Below are positions 44,370-55,142 of a stretch of DNA of 64,000 nt, in pieces. The number at the start of each line of letters is the position of its first letter. Position 1 is the stretch's first letter. A program made the position numbers and the translations under genes. Source of the DNA: Pseudomonadota bacterium (GTDB lineage: Bacteria; Pseudomonadota; Gammaproteobacteria; Xanthomonadales; Rhodanobacteraceae); assembly GCA_018240505.1 (NCBI GenBank), contig JAFEFQ010000234.1, positions 6,600-70,599 of the forward strand. The letters are read 5' to 3'. The notes beneath the pieces were generated by a model. That model saw only the letters and a program-made list of their open reading frames with translations, made no database searches and was not told the origin of the DNA.

Positions 44370-45233
44370 TCAGAAAAAATCCTTGCCCGAGGCGAGCAAC
44401 GCCTTCGCCTTTTTCTTCGCCAGCGTATTGATCAGGGTCAGCCGCGGCGCCGCCGGATCGGCGGCCAGCACTTCGTTGAGCAGCTTGTCGTGCAGCGCCT
44501 GGTCGAATACGAGCCGCGCATAGAACTGCGCGTACAGCACGCGCACCATCTGGTTCTTGCCGCCGGACAATTCGAGCGCCTGCTCGAACCACTTCCTGCC
44601 TTCCTCCGGCTTGCCGCCGAGCGAGGCGGGGCGGATCGAGTTGACCACGCCGAGGTAGAGCGCTGCGCCGCCGTCGTCGTAGCGCGGATCGATCGCATGA
44701 CAACGTGTCAGCAACGCCTGCAGCTTGGGCAGGTCGGCGATCGCGTTCCAGTCGCCTGCGTTGACCTGGATCTTGCCGGCCCAGCCAGCGGCGAATCCGT
44801 ACAGCGTCGCGATGTCCTTCGCGTCAGCCTGCTGCAGGGCGGCGTCGAACTTGTCGTACGGCGCGTCGAGTACGCCGCACAGCGGCTTCTCGCGCAGGCA
44901 CAGCGCACGGCGCGCGTAGCCGTAGGCGCGGCCCGCCATTTTCTGCGCGCGCTCGCTGTCGTCGACGAAGCCACCGGCGTAGGCGCCGTAGAGCTTCGCT
45001 CCCGCGAGCAGGATGTCGGGATTCAGCGGATCGCCTTCGATCAAGCCATCGATCAGCAGCAGGTACGCGGGCACGCCGTCGCGCGCCGTTTCGATGTCGT
45101 CCTGGTTCAGGATCGCGCCGGTGAGGTTGTCGCTGAACTGCGTAGTCGCACGGCGCATGACGCTGCCGCAGGCGGCGGCCAGACAGGCACCGAGCAGCAG
45201 CGCGAAGCGAAAATGCTTGAAGTCGATCGACAT
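44370..45233 (-). CDS. TatT component lipoprotein of a TPAT transporter
   Basis: Lipobox-like LAAAC; RP.SLGG.PE..F..AL; upstream of dctPQM. Confidence 0.85.
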   Translation of the reverse strand: MSIDFKHFRFALLLGACLAAACGSVMRRATTQFSDNLTGAILNQDDIETARDGVPAYLLLIDGLIEGDPLNPDILLAGAKLYGAYAGGFVDDSERAQKMAGRAYGYARRALCLREKPLCGVLDAPYDKFDAALQQADAKDIATLYGFAAGWAGKIQVNAGDWNAIADLPKLQALLTRCHAIDPRYDDGGAALYLGVVNSIRPASLGGKPEEGRKWFEQALELSGGKNQMVRVLYAQFYARLVFDQALHDKLLNEVLAADPAAPRLTLINTLAKKKAKALLASGKDFF

Positions 45234-45319
45234 GCGAGGAACGTTTGCGGTCGGGTGGCGAATTTTAACGCACGCTTGTGACGGGCCGGGACTGTGCCCG
45301 CGGCGGCGTTATCGGCGAT

Positions 45320-46180
45320 TCAGTTGCCCTGATCCGCGGCGCGCGCGGCTTCGAGCGTGTTCTGCATCAACGTCGCCACCGTCATCGGCCCGACTCCGCC
45401 GGGCACCGGCGTGATCCACGCCGCGCGTTTGGCTGCGGCGGCGAATTCGACGTCACCGACCAGGCGACCGTCTTCGAGGCGGTTGATGCCGACGTCGATC
45501 ACGATCGCGCCCGGCTTGACCCACTCGCCTTTCACGAGGCCGGGGCGGCCGACCGCGACGGCGAGAATGTCGGCCGAAGCGATCACCCCGGGCAGGTCGC
45601 GCGTGAACTTGTGGCAGGTCGTCGTCGTGCATCCGGCCAGCAGCAGTTCGAGCGCAAGCGGGCGGCCGACGTGATTCGACACGCCGACCACGACCGCGTT
45701 CTGCCCGCGCACGGGCCGGTCGGTGTTGGCGAGCAGGGTCATCACGCCCTTCGACGTACACGGCCGCAAGCCGCGTTGGCGCAGCGTGAGCCGGCCGATG
45801 TTTTCCGGATGGAAACCGTCGACGTCCTTGCGCGGGTCGATGCGGTTGACGATCGCATTCGCGTCGATCTGCGCCGGCAGCGGCAACTGCACGAGGATGC
45901 CGTGAATCTGCGGATCGGCGTTCAAGCCGTCGATCAGCGCGACCAGTTCGGCTTGCGCGGTCGTCGCCGGCAGGTCGAAATCGCGCGAATGGAAGCCGGC
46001 GTGCTTGCAAGCGCGGCGCTTGTTGCGCACGTAGACGCTCGAGGCCGGGTCGGCGCCGACGAGGACGACCGCGATGCCCGGCACGCTCAGGCCCTGCGCC
46101 TGGCGCTGATCGACCTCGGCGCGAAGGTCGTCGAGCAGCCGGTCGGCGATGCGTTTGCCGTCGAGTATCTTCGCGCTCAT
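45320..46180 (-). CDS. folD: Methylenetetrahydrofolate dehydrogenase/cyclohydrolase
   Basis: [30 protein letters not shown]. Confidence 0.98.
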   Translation of the reverse strand: MSAKILDGKRIADRLLDDLRAEVDQRQAQGLSVPGIAVVLVGADPASSVYVRNKRRACKHAGFHSRDFDLPATTAQAELVALIDGLNADPQIHGILVQLPLPAQIDANAIVNRIDPRKDVDGFHPENIGRLTLRQRGLRPCTSKGVMTLLANTDRPVRGQNAVVVGVSNHVGRPLALELLLAGCTTTTCHKFTRDLPGVIASADILAVAVGRPGLVKGEWVKPGAIVIDVGINRLEDGRLVGDVEFAAAAKRAAWITPVPGGVGPMTVATLMQNTLEAARAADQGN

Positions 46181-46278
46181 GGGCTTTCTGCGGCCTCTTT
46201 CAAAGAGGCGCATTATCCCAGTTTGTCCGAGTGCGGCTCAATCGCGCTAATATTCCGCTGTCACCCGGAAGCAATTTC

Positions 46279-46578
46279 ATGCCAGCAACAGAAATCGAAC
46301 TCGAGGCCGCGGCGTTCCGCCGCCTGCTCCGGCATCTCAACGAGCGCCGCACCGACGTGCAGAACATCGACCTGATGACGCTGGCGGGATTCTGCCGCAA
46401 CTGCCTGGCCGACTGGTACCGAGAGGCCGCCGCCGTGCAAGGCATGGAGATCAGCAAGGACGCCGCGCGCGAACACATCTATGGCGAACCGTTCGAGCAA
46501 TGGAAGGCCAGACACCAGAAACCGGCGACGGCCGAGCAACTAGCGGCTTTCGAGCGCGCGCAACACGAGACTCACTGA
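46279..46578 (+). CDS. DUF1244 protein
   Basis: DVQNIDLM.LAGFCRNCL..W. Confidence 0.92.
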   Translation: MPATEIELEAAAFRRLLRHLNERRTDVQNIDLMTLAGFCRNCLADWYREAAAVQGMEISKDAAREHIYGEPFEQWKARHQKPATAEQLAAFERAQHETH

Positions 46579-46579
46579 C

Positions 46580-47158
46580 ATGCAAGACATCGACGCCGGC
46601 ATGCTGCCGTCCGAACGCGAGAGCAATGGCATCTCGATCCGCAAATACCAGCCCGGCGAAGAGGCCGGGATCGTCGAGGCCGTGCAGGAATCCGTGGCTA
46701 CGGTCGGCGCCTGGCTGGATTGGTGCGGCAAAGGCTACGGCGTCGCCGAAGCGCAAGCCTGGATCGCGCATGCCACAACGAGCTGGGACAAGGCGGAGAT
46801 GTTCGCGTTCGCCGTCGTCGACGCGACCAGCGGCGATTATCTCGGCGGCGTCGGTCTCAGCCGCATCGACCAGGCGAACCATTCCGCCAACCTCGGCTAC
46901 TGGATTCGCCAGTCGTACCAGGGCCGCGGCGTCGGCACGCAGGCGGCACGCCTCGCCGTGGGCTATGCGTTCGAGCTGCTGAAGTTGACCCACATCGAAG
47001 TCGTTTGCGCGGCGATGAACCGGCCCAGCCGCCGCGTCGCGGAAAAAACCGGTGCGCGTTTCGAAGGACTGAAGAGCGGACGGCTCAGCGTGCACGGCAA
47101 ACCGTTGGATGCGGCGGTGTACACGATCACGGCGCCGGCGGCGCGGCGCAACGCCTGA
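46580..47158 (+). CDS. GNAT acetyltransferase (RimJ/RimL-like)
   Basis: NLGYW..QGRG, N..SRRVAEK.G..FEG. Confidence 0.9.
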   Translation: MQDIDAGMLPSERESNGISIRKYQPGEEAGIVEAVQESVATVGAWLDWCGKGYGVAEAQAWIAHATTSWDKAEMFAFAVVDATSGDYLGGVGLSRIDQANHSANLGYWIRQSYQGRGVGTQAARLAVGYAFELLKLTHIEVVCAAMNRPSRRVAEKTGARFEGLKSGRLSVHGKPLDAAVYTITAPAARRNA

Positions 47159-47167
47159 TGCGGACAG

Positions 47168-48295
47168 CTACGCCGACGCGCAGATCTGCGCGACGTCCGC
47201 GTAGCCGTTGAACACGGCGTGCTCGCCGCAGCCCGGACACTGCGGGTCGCGCGGCAGGCGCAGCTCGCGGAACGTCGCGGCGAGCGCGTCGTAGCACAGC
47301 AGCCGGCCGACCAGCGGCACGCCGATGCCGAGCACAAGCTTGATCGCCTCGGTCGCCTGCATGAGGCCGATCGTGCCGGGCAGCACGCCGAGCACGCCGG
47401 CCTCGGCGCAGTTCGGCGCGTCTTCCGCCGCGGGCGGCTCGGGAAACAGGCAGCGATAGCAAGGCGATTGCGCATCGCGCGCGTCGAACACGCTGACCTG
47501 CCCGGCGAAACGATGCACCGCGCCGTAGACCAGCGGGATCTTCAACTGCCGACACGCGGCGCTGAGCAGATACCGGGTCGGAAAATTGTCCGCGCCATCG
47601 ATGACGACGTCGTGATCGCGGATCAGTTCCTCGACGTTCGCCGCGCTGAGCCGCGCACCATGTGTGCGCAAATCCACCGCGGGATTGAGCGCGGCGAGTG
47701 CGATGCGCGCCGACGCGATCTTGGCCATGCCGACGCGCTCGTCGGCATGCAGGATCTGGCGTTGCAGATTCGACTTGTCGACCACGTCGTCGTCGATCAG
47801 GGTCAGCCGCCCGATGCCGGCCGCGGCAAGATAGAACGCCGCGGGCGAGCCAAGCCCGCCCGCGCCGATCAGCGCGACGCGCGCGCGCGCGAGCCGGCCC
47901 TGCCCGGCCACACCGACTTCTGGCAACAGCAGATGGCGCGAATAGCGCTCGAGCGCGTCGGCGCCGAGGCCACCTTCGGCCAACGGCAAGCCCTCCGCAT
48001 TCCAGCGCAGAAAGCCGCCGGCCACCGAAGCGAGATTCGTGTAGCCGAGGTCGCGCAGCGCGTGCACCGCGCGCAGCGAGCGCTTGCCGCTCGCGCAGAT
48101 CGTCAGGATCTCGCGCCCTCGATCAGCCTCGACTTCGGCGATGCGTTCGGCGACCGCGCCCAACGGGATGCCGATCGCGCCCGCCGGCATTCCGCCCGCG
48201 CGCTCGTCGTCCTCGCGCACGTCGATCAGCAGTGCGCCCCGGGCTTGCCGCGCCGCTGCATGGCCGGGAACGATTTCGTCGAGGTCGTGGATCAT
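47168..48295 (-). CDS. moeB: Molybdopterin synthase adenylyltransferase with N-terminal rhodanese domain
   Basis: DVRE..E and CASG.RS; RYSRH, GAGGLGS, SNLQRQ, CYRC. Confidence 0.93.
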   Translation of the reverse strand: MIHDLDEIVPGHAAARQARGALLIDVREDDERAGGMPAGAIGIPLGAVAERIAEVEADRGREILTICASGKRSLRAVHALRDLGYTNLASVAGGFLRWNAEGLPLAEGGLGADALERYSRHLLLPEVGVAGQGRLARARVALIGAGGLGSPAAFYLAAAGIGRLTLIDDDVVDKSNLQRQILHADERVGMAKIASARIALAALNPAVDLRTHGARLSAANVEELIRDHDVVIDGADNFPTRYLLSAACRQLKIPLVYGAVHRFAGQVSVFDARDAQSPCYRCLFPEPPAAEDAPNCAEAGVLGVLPGTIGLMQATEAIKLVLGIGVPLVGRLLCYDALAATFRELRLPRDPQCPGCGEHAVFNGYADVAQICASA

Positions 48296-48326
48296 GATTG
48301 CGATATGCGCTTGGATTCGCCGCGGT

Positions 48327-49568
48327 TCAAGCCCAGCCGGGCAAGGGCAGCACCTCGACCACGGCCCCGGCGGCGTATTCCTGCGCAGCCTCCGGCAACA
48401 CGATCAGGGCATCGGCTTCGGCAGCGCCGCGCAGCTGCCCTGAGCCTTGCTTGCGCAACGGCGTGGCGTGCAGCGTCCCGGACTCGTCGCAGGCCAGCGC
48501 GACGCGCAGGAACTCGGTACGCGAATGTGTCTTGCGCACGGCTTGCGTGAGCCGCGCACGCAATTTCGCCGCGCCCGCGCGCTGGCGCGTCATCGTGGCC
48601 AACGCCGGGCGGACGAAGGCGAGGAAGGTCGCGACGCCCGACACCGGGTTGCCCGGCAGCGAGAACACGAGCGCGCGGCCGATGCCGCCGAACAGGAACG
48701 GCATGCCCGGCTTGATCCGCACCTTCCACAGATGCACGCGGCCGATCTCTGCGAGCAGCCCCGGCAGATAGTCCGCTTCTCCCGCGGACACGCCGCCGCT
48801 CGTGACCACGATGTCGGCATCATTGGCGGCGCGCACGAGCGCGGCGCGCAACGCGGGCGGGTCGTCGCGCAGGCGCTCGTGGCGCAGCAGCTCGACGCCG
48901 TGCTGTTCGAGCAGCGCGCCGAGGCTGTAGCGGTTGGAGTCGTGGATCTGGCCGAAGCCCAGCGTGTTGCCCGGCGCCACGAGTTCGTCGCCCGTGGTCA
49001 GCAGCACCGCGCGCGGCCTGCGCGCGACGACGACGCGGCCGCGGCCGAACGAAGCGATCGCGCCGAGCTGCGCCGGCGTCAGCACCGTGCCCGCGTTCAG
49101 TGCATGATCGCCGGCGCGATAGTCCTCGCCGGCCGGGCGCGCGTTCGCACCCGGCTGCGTGCCGGGGCCGATGACGACGTCCGCGCCATCGACCCGAGTG
49201 TCTTCCTTCATCGCCACCGTATCCGCACCCCGCGGCAGCGGCGCGCCGGTGGTGATGCGCACGCAGGTGCCGGGTTCGACGCGCGGCGCTTCGCTGCCGC
49301 CGGCGAGGATCGCGCCGATCAGGCGCAGGCGCGTTTCCCCGTTTGCATCGAGATCCGCGCCGCGCAACGCATAGCCATCCATCGCCGAGTTGGCGAAACC
49401 GGGGACGTCGAACGGCGCGAAGATGTCTTCGGCCAGCACGCGGCCGAGCGTCGATTCGAGCGCAATCGATTCGTCCCCTACTGCATGATCCACCGCGACC
49501 GACGCGATGCGCGCCTGTGCCTCGGCAAGGCTCAGGCCGGTCGGGAACGTGGATGCTTCAGCCTGCAT
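48327..49568 (-). CDS. moeA: Molybdopterin molybdotransferase
   Basis: SAMDGYA, TGDEL, SGGVSAG..D, LPGNPVS. Confidence 0.95.
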   Translation of the reverse strand: MQAEASTFPTGLSLAEAQARIASVAVDHAVGDESIALESTLGRVLAEDIFAPFDVPGFANSAMDGYALRGADLDANGETRLRLIGAILAGGSEAPRVEPGTCVRITTGAPLPRGADTVAMKEDTRVDGADVVIGPGTQPGANARPAGEDYRAGDHALNAGTVLTPAQLGAIASFGRGRVVVARRPRAVLLTTGDELVAPGNTLGFGQIHDSNRYSLGALLEQHGVELLRHERLRDDPPALRAALVRAANDADIVVTSGGVSAGEADYLPGLLAEIGRVHLWKVRIKPGMPFLFGGIGRALVFSLPGNPVSGVATFLAFVRPALATMTRQRAGAAKLRARLTQAVRKTHSRTEFLRVALACDESGTLHATPLRKQGSGQLRGAAEADALIVLPEAAQEYAAGAVVEVLPLPGWA

Positions 49569-50151
49569 GTTGCCTTTCCCACTCGCGGAATTCCTCCAGT
49601 GTATTGAGATTCACGAAGGACTGCGCCTGGTCGCAGAAATCCACTTCGACCGCGCCGATTCGGTCCTGCCATTGCCACACCGGCAAGTCGTCCGCGAGCG
49701 CCCGGGCAGCGGCTTGAGCCAGGCTTCCCCGATACAGCGCAAACAAGGGCTGGCGACGCATGCCGTCGTGGGCGACCGCGGCATCGGCGCCCGCCGCGGT
49801 CGCCGCCGCGCGCAGGCGCGCGGCGAGGTCGTGCGGCGGAGCCGGCGCATCGACCGGCACGGTCAGCAACCAGGGGCCTGGAAAATGCGCAAGCGCGGTC
49901 GCGATCCCGGCCAGCGGACCATGGAACCCTGACGCAGTGTCGGCAATCACCTCGCCGAATTTCGCGTATTCGCCGGCATTGCGATTCGCGCAGACCAGCA
50001 CCGCATCGACCTGCCCGCGCAACGCCGCCGCGACATGTTCGACCATCGGTTTGCCGCACAGCATCAGCAGGCCCTTGTCGTCGCCGCCGACGCGACGCCC
50101 CTCGCCGCCGGCCAGTATCGCTGCGCAGATTGCGTTCGCCGCGTCAGTCAT
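49558..50151 (-). CDS. mobA: Molybdenum cofactor guanylyltransferase
   Basis: LAGG..RR.GG.DKG, GPLAGI, PVD.P, F.NLNT. Confidence 0.93.
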   Translation of the reverse strand: MTDAANAICAAILAGGEGRRVGGDDKGLLMLCGKPMVEHVAAALRGQVDAVLVCANRNAGEYAKFGEVIADTASGFHGPLAGIATALAHFPGPWLLTVPVDAPAPPHDLAARLRAAATAAGADAAVAHDGMRRQPLFALYRGSLAQAAARALADDLPVWQWQDRIGAVEVDFCDQAQSFVNLNTLEEFREWERQHAG

Positions 50152-50253
50152 TCGGGCCCCGTCGAAGCAACCATACATCCGGATCACGGAATTGAGCGGC
50201 CCGGTGGGCCGACTCGAGCGCCGCGGGCCAATCTTGCACGCAGAGCGTCGGTG

Positions 50254-51654
50254 TCAACGCTTCTTGGCGTTGCGGATCATGCGCTGACGCTTGCGCACCT
50301 GACCCTCGGTCAGCACGTTCTTGCGCCCCGCGAACGGGTTGGCCGTTTCCTTGAACGCGATGCGGATCGGCGTGCCCTCGAGCTTGAAGCGCTTGCGGAA
50401 GAAGTTCTCGAGATAGCGCTGGTAGCTGTCGGCGATGTGGCGCGTGCGGCTGCCGTGGATCACGATCGTCGGCGGATTGGTACCGCCCGGGTGGGCGAAG
50501 CGCAGCTTCGGCGCATGGCCGCGCACGAGCGGCGGTTGATAGCTCTCGTAGGCCTGCTCGAGCGCCTTGGTCAGTTCCGAGGAACCGAATTCGCGCGTCG
50601 CCGACTTGTGCGCGCGCACGATCGCGCGCATCAGCTCGGCGAGACCGGAGCCGTGCAGGCCGGAAATGAAGACCGGTTTGACGAACGGCACGAAATCGAG
50701 CCGGCGTTCCAGCGAGATTCGGCACTGGTCGCGCTCGTAGGTCGAGAGGCCGTCCCATTTGTTCGCGGCGACGACGAGCGCGCGGCCTTCGTCGAGCACG
50801 TGGCCGATCAGGGTCGCGTCCTGCTCGGACACGCCCTCCTTCGCATCGAGCATCAACACGACGACGTTCGCCGCGGCGATCGATTGCAGGGTCTTGATGA
50901 CCGAGAATTTTTCCACCGCCTCCTCGACGCGCGCGCGGCGGCGCACGCCCGCGGTGTCGATCAGGGTATATTTTTTCCCGTCGCGCTCGAGCAGCACGCG
51001 GATCGAGTCGCGCGTGGTGCCGGCGATGTCGGACACGACGACGCGGTCCTCGCCGAGCAGGCGGTTGACCAGCGTCGACTTGCCGACGTTTGGCCGGCCG
51101 ACGATCGCAACGCGGATGCCCTCGTCGGCCGGATCGACCGCTTCCAGCGCGTCCGCATCGACCGCGGGCAGGCGTGCTTGGACCATGGCCAACAACTCGG
51201 GGAGGCCGCGGCTGTGCGCCGAGGAGGTCAGCACCGGCTCGGCGAAACCGAACGAGGCGAATTCGCTGCGCGCATTGCCCTCGTCGACGCCGTCGACCTT
51301 GTTCACGATCAGGAGCAGCGGCTTGTCGTGCCTGCGCAGATGCTTGAGGATGTTGCGGTCCTGCGGCAACACGCCGTCGCGCGCGTCGACGACGAGGGCG
51401 ACGACATCGGCCTCCTCGATCGCGAGTTCGGCTTGGCGCGCGGTCAGCGCATCGATGCCTTCCTTTTCGCCCGAAAGGCCGCCCGTGTCGACGACGACGA
51501 ATTCACGCGCACCGAGGCGGCAGACGCCGTAGTGACGATCGCGCGTCAGTCCGGGCAGATCGTGAACCAGCGCGTCGCGCGTGCGCGTGAGCACGTTGAA
51601 CAGCGTGGATTTGCCGACATTGGGCCGGCCTACTAGCGCAACTACGGGGAGCAT
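50254..51654 (-). CDS. der: Ribosome biogenesis GTPase Der
   Basis: Two [10 protein letters not shown]-domains plus a KH-like C-terminal domain. Confidence 0.98.
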   Translation of the reverse strand: MLPVVALVGRPNVGKSTLFNVLTRTRDALVHDLPGLTRDRHYGVCRLGAREFVVVDTGGLSGEKEGIDALTARQAELAIEEADVVALVVDARDGVLPQDRNILKHLRRHDKPLLLIVNKVDGVDEGNARSEFASFGFAEPVLTSSAHSRGLPELLAMVQARLPAVDADALEAVDPADEGIRVAIVGRPNVGKSTLVNRLLGEDRVVVSDIAGTTRDSIRVLLERDGKKYTLIDTAGVRRRARVEEAVEKFSVIKTLQSIAAANVVVLMLDAKEGVSEQDATLIGHVLDEGRALVVAANKWDGLSTYERDQCRISLERRLDFVPFVKPVFISGLHGSGLAELMRAIVRAHKSATREFGSSELTKALEQAYESYQPPLVRGHAPKLRFAHPGGTNPPTIVIHGSRTRHIADSYQRYLENFFRKRFKLEGTPIRIAFKETANPFAGRKNVLTEGQVRKRQRMIRNAKKR

Positions 51655-51679
51655 CTTTATCCCGAACAAAACATGTTCA

Positions 51680-51918
51680 GCCACGGATTACACGGATGAA
51701 CGCGGACAAAGCAGGATTATTCTTGATTTCGCTCTATCCGCGCTATGGAAACTCTGCACGAGTGCAGAGTTTTCGCGGGCCACGGATGGCCCGGCGCGAA
51801 TCAAGCATGCAACTGCTTGATTCGTCGTAGCCGAGTTCAAATTTACTTTGAACTCGGCGCGGTCTGCCAAGCCCAGGATGGGCTTGTGCAGACCTCCCCT
51901 ATCCGTGTAATCCGTGGC
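51680..51918. repeat. Multi-hairpin element with a perfect 18-bp terminal inverted repeat
   Basis: GCCACGGATTACACGGAT (51680-51697) and ATCCGTGTAATCCGTGGC (51901-51918) enclose six hairpins. Confidence 0.9.
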
Positions 51919-51936
51919 AAAAACTCTTGCTAATGC

Positions 51937-53169
51937 CTACTTGCCGACGCGGTATGCGGCGATGTCGCCGTAGATCGTCTCGACGTAGACCATGTCACCG
52001 ACGACGACCGGGGCCGAGCGGATCGGCGCCTTCGACACGCGCTCGCGCGCGAGCAACTTGCCGTCGTTGATCGACAGCCAGTGCACCCAGCCTTCGAGGT
52101 CGCCGACCACGACCGCGTCGCCCTGCACCGCCGGCTCGCCGAGCCAGCGGTATTTGAGCGCGTCCTGCTTCCATTGCGAGCTGCCGGTGCGCAGATCGAG
52201 CGCGTAGACATTGGCATCTGAATCGGTCAGATAGATCTGGCTCGCCGACAGCGCGACGCCGCCATAGGTGCCCACTTCGTGCGTCCATACCGGGCGGCCG
52301 GTCTGCGCGCTCAACGCCGCTGTCTGGCCCTTGTAGCCGGCTGCGTAAACGATGCCGTCGGCGACGGCGAGCTGGCCGTCGACGTCCTGCAGACGGTCGA
52401 TTTCGGTACGGCCCTCGCCGGGCGACAGCACCTGTTCCCATAGCGGCGCGCCGTCGCTGGCGCGCAACGCGATGATCTTGCCGTTGTCCTCGCCCGAGTA
52501 GACGACCCCGTCGACGAACACCGGCGCGCTGTTGCCGCGCAGGCTCAACAGCGGCACGGTGGAACGGTCGTAGACCCACTTGCGCGAGCCGTCGGCGCGA
52601 TCGAGGCCGACGATATGGCCGTCGTTCGTGCGCACGTAGACCATGCCGCCGCCGGCCGCCGGCGGCGCGATCACTTCGGAAGAAACCTGCGCGGTCCAGC
52701 GCTCGGAGCCATCGCCGGCATTGAATGCCTGCACCGTGCCTTCGAGCGTGCCGACGACGACGAGATCGCCGTCGACGCTGGGGCCGCCGCCCCAGCGCAC
52801 CGAATTCGGCCCGCGATGGATGAGGAAACCGCGCCGGCTGCCGAGCTGTTTGCTCCACAGGGTCTTGCCGGTGGCGGCGTCGTACGCGGCGACCACGCCG
52901 GTCGTGCTCGCCGCGTAGAGTTTGCCGTCGGCATAGGCCGGGCGCATGAGCGCACCGGTCTTCTCGGCGCCCTTGCCGATGCGCTCGCTCCACAGCCTCT
53001 GCACGCCGATGGCCGGACTGAAATTCTCGGCGAGCGGCGTCGGCGGCTCGATGTTTTCCTTCTTGGTGTCGTTGAACCAGCCCTTGATCGTGCCGCAGCC
53101 GGTCATCGCGACGGCGAGCAGGACGAGGCTTGCGCCGCGCAGGCGCGATGCGGTGAGGATCGCGCTCAT
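51937..53169 (-). CDS. bamB: Outer membrane assembly lipoprotein BamB
   Basis: Lipobox MTGC, PQQ-like beta-propeller repeats, yfgM-bamB-der order. Confidence 0.95.
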   Translation of the reverse strand: MSAILTASRLRGASLVLLAVAMTGCGTIKGWFNDTKKENIEPPTPLAENFSPAIGVQRLWSERIGKGAEKTGALMRPAYADGKLYAASTTGVVAAYDAATGKTLWSKQLGSRRGFLIHRGPNSVRWGGGPSVDGDLVVVGTLEGTVQAFNAGDGSERWTAQVSSEVIAPPAAGGGMVYVRTNDGHIVGLDRADGSRKWVYDRSTVPLLSLRGNSAPVFVDGVVYSGEDNGKIIALRASDGAPLWEQVLSPGEGRTEIDRLQDVDGQLAVADGIVYAAGYKGQTAALSAQTGRPVWTHEVGTYGGVALSASQIYLTDSDANVYALDLRTGSSQWKQDALKYRWLGEPAVQGDAVVVGDLEGWVHWLSINDGKLLARERVSKAPIRSAPVVVGDMVYVETIYGDIAAYRVGK

Positions 53170-53849
53170 GAGTTCTTCTTCTCCGCGGCGGCTTTCGCAG
53201 GCGCCGCCGCCGTCGCGGCGGCGCCGAGGTCGGACAGCTTCATTTCGAGGAAGCTGCGGTTCGGTGCGCCGGGCTCGAGCTTGGCCAGCGCGTCGGTATA
53301 GGCAGCGCGCGCGTCGTCCTTGCGTCCGAGCACCACGAGCGCGTCGCCGCGCAGTTCCGCCGCAGCGGCGTCGAAGCCGCTCTTCGGCAGCTTGTCGATG
53401 AAATCGAGCGCCTCCTGCGCCTTGCCGCGCGCGAGCTGCACGCGCGCCAGGTTGATCCCGACCGTGGCCTTGAGCGCATCGTTGCCGGCGTGCTGCCAGG
53501 CCCAGTCGAGCGAGGCCCAGGCGCCTTCCGTGTCGCCCTTCTGCGTGGCGATCTCGGCCTCGCGCATTGCGGCGAGCACGGCATACGGCGTGCCTGCGTA
53601 GTCGGATTTGAGCTTGGCCGCGATCGCCTTGGCCGCGTCGTAGTCCTTCTTCGTCATGTCGGCGCCGAGCGCGTCGTACTGCACGGCGGCGTCCATGTCG
53701 CGGCTGGCGCGATGCGTGCGCCACTGTTGCCAGCCGAACAGCAGAACCAGACCGAGGCCGATGCCGACCACGATCGACAGCCAGTTCTCACGTACCCATT
53801 TGCGGACGAGTTCACCCTGTTCGTGTTCGTCCAAGACATCAAATGCCAT
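53166..53849 (-). CDS. yfgM: YfgM-family TPR membrane protein
   Basis: E.EQ.E.VR.W..EN, one TM segment, ELRGD...G....AR.AY. Confidence 0.92.
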   Translation of the reverse strand: MAFDVLDEHEQGELVRKWVRENWLSIVVGIGLGLVLLFGWQQWRTHRASRDMDAAVQYDALGADMTKKDYDAAKAIAAKLKSDYAGTPYAVLAAMREAEIATQKGDTEGAWASLDWAWQHAGNDALKATVGINLARVQLARGKAQEALDFIDKLPKSGFDAAAAELRGDALVVLGRKDDARAAYTDALAKLEPGAPNRSFLEMKLSDLGAAATAAAPAKAAAEKKNS

Positions 53850-53999
53850 GCTGCGGATTACCTTTGCGGAAAGTTGCCGGATGCGCCGCGCCGACCGCAT
53901 CGGGCCGGGGCTCGCGAGAGCGCGTAGGGTAACAGGAACGAACGCCCGATGCGCCGTTGCCTGCGGCGCCGTTCAGTGCGCGGTTTGCCAGACGCCGGA

Positions 54000-55142
54000 T
54001 CAGCCGTTGTGCGCTTCGACCGTTGCCGCAGCGATCGTCTTGCTACCGGCGGCGAGCCTGAAGCGCGCGACGTTGCCGCGGTTGTACGGCACGATGTCCT
54101 GTGCGCGGCCGTCGATCTCGACCTTGGCACCGCCTGTGTTGCCGAGCAGGACCGTCAGCGATTTGTCGGCGGGATACTCCTTCACCGTGCCCGCAGGCAG
54201 CGTCGAGTATTCGAGGCGCTTGCCGTCGGCATCGACGATCTCGACCCAACTCGCCTCGGTCAGGCTCAGGCGCAGCTGGCTTTCGGCAGCGGCCTCGGCG
54301 ACCGGCCTCGCGGCATCGAAAGCCAGCGCGTTCGGCACCATCGCGAACGACGCCATCAACGGTGCGTCGTGGCTCACAACGGGAGGCGCTGCCGGCACCG
54401 TGGCTTCCTTGTCCGCAGCCGGCGGGGACTGCGTCGGCGGCGTGGCTGCTGCGCCCTCGGCCGATGCGAGCGCCGGTGGCGGCGAGTCGAGAGGAGTCAG
54501 GCGCGAGCCGACGCTGCTGCCCATGTTCATCGCGAACATCACCAGCGGCACGAAGATCACGCCGGTCAACACGAGATAGAGCACCGAGCCGGAATAACGC
54601 TCGACCAGATAGCGCGAGTGCGAGATCTGGCCGGTCGCAACCAGTTGCGGCGGAGGGGGAGCCTTGGAACGCAGGAGTTCTTCCACCGCATCGGCCGGTA
54701 CGCCGACCAGACGCGCGTAGTTCGCCAGGTAGCCGCGCAGGTAGACGCCTTGGCCGATGCGATCGTATTTCTCGGTTTCGATCCACTGCACGATATGCAG
54801 AGGCAGGCGCAACCTGGCCGCGAGCTCGGCCTGGCTCCAACCGCGCGCATCGCGCGCAGCAACGAGGCGTTGGGTGAGCGATTCGGCCGACGGCGTGGCC
54901 GGCCCGGGCATTGCGGCGAGGCCTTGCCCGCGCCCTGTCGCGCTTGGGTCGATCGCGGCATCCGCCAACGGCGCCGACGTGCCCGAGGAATCCGCGCCGG
55001 GCGCGGCTGCCGCCGTTTCGATAAAAGCCATCTGTCCCATCCCCTGTTGTTCAGGTGCTGTCCCCTCGGCAGCGCAGTCTTGATGCTGATCGGCCTTGGG
55101 GGCGCACGGCGATGAATTATCGTTTGGATTCATGACAGTCAC
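54000..55142 (-). CDS. rodZ: Cytoskeleton protein RodZ
   Basis: HTH (YLRGYL.NYA), TM segment, C-terminal SWVEI.DADG..LGN. Confidence 0.88.
   Translation of the reverse strand: MTVMNPNDNSSPCAPKADQHQDCAAEGTAPEQQGMGQMAFIETAAAAPGADSSGTSAPLADAAIDPSATGRGQGLAAMPGPATPSAESLTQRLVAARDARGWSQAELAARLRLPLHIVQWIETEKYDRIGQGVYLRGYLANYARLVGVPADAVEELLRSKAPPPPQLVATGQISHSRYLVERYSGSVLYLVLTGVIFVPLVMFAMNMGSSVGSRLTPLDSPPPALASAEGAAATPPTQSPPAADKEATVPAAPPVVSHDAPLMASFAMVPNALAFDAARPVAEAAAESQLRLSLTEASWVEIVDADGKRLEYSTLPAGTVKEYPADKSLTVLLGNTGGAKVEIDGRAQDIVPYNRGNVARFRLAAGSKTIAAATVEAHNG

Noticed and set aside
47168-48295. Rhodanese-MoeB fusion
   Set aside because: A known architecture.
51680-51918. Possible CRISPR or attC array
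   Set aside because: There are no identical direct repeats with spacers, no cas or intI gene, and no cassette ORFs.
53850-53999. ispG and hisS absent between rodZ and yfgM
   Set aside because: As I recall, this is the usual Xanthomonadales arrangement, not a lesion.
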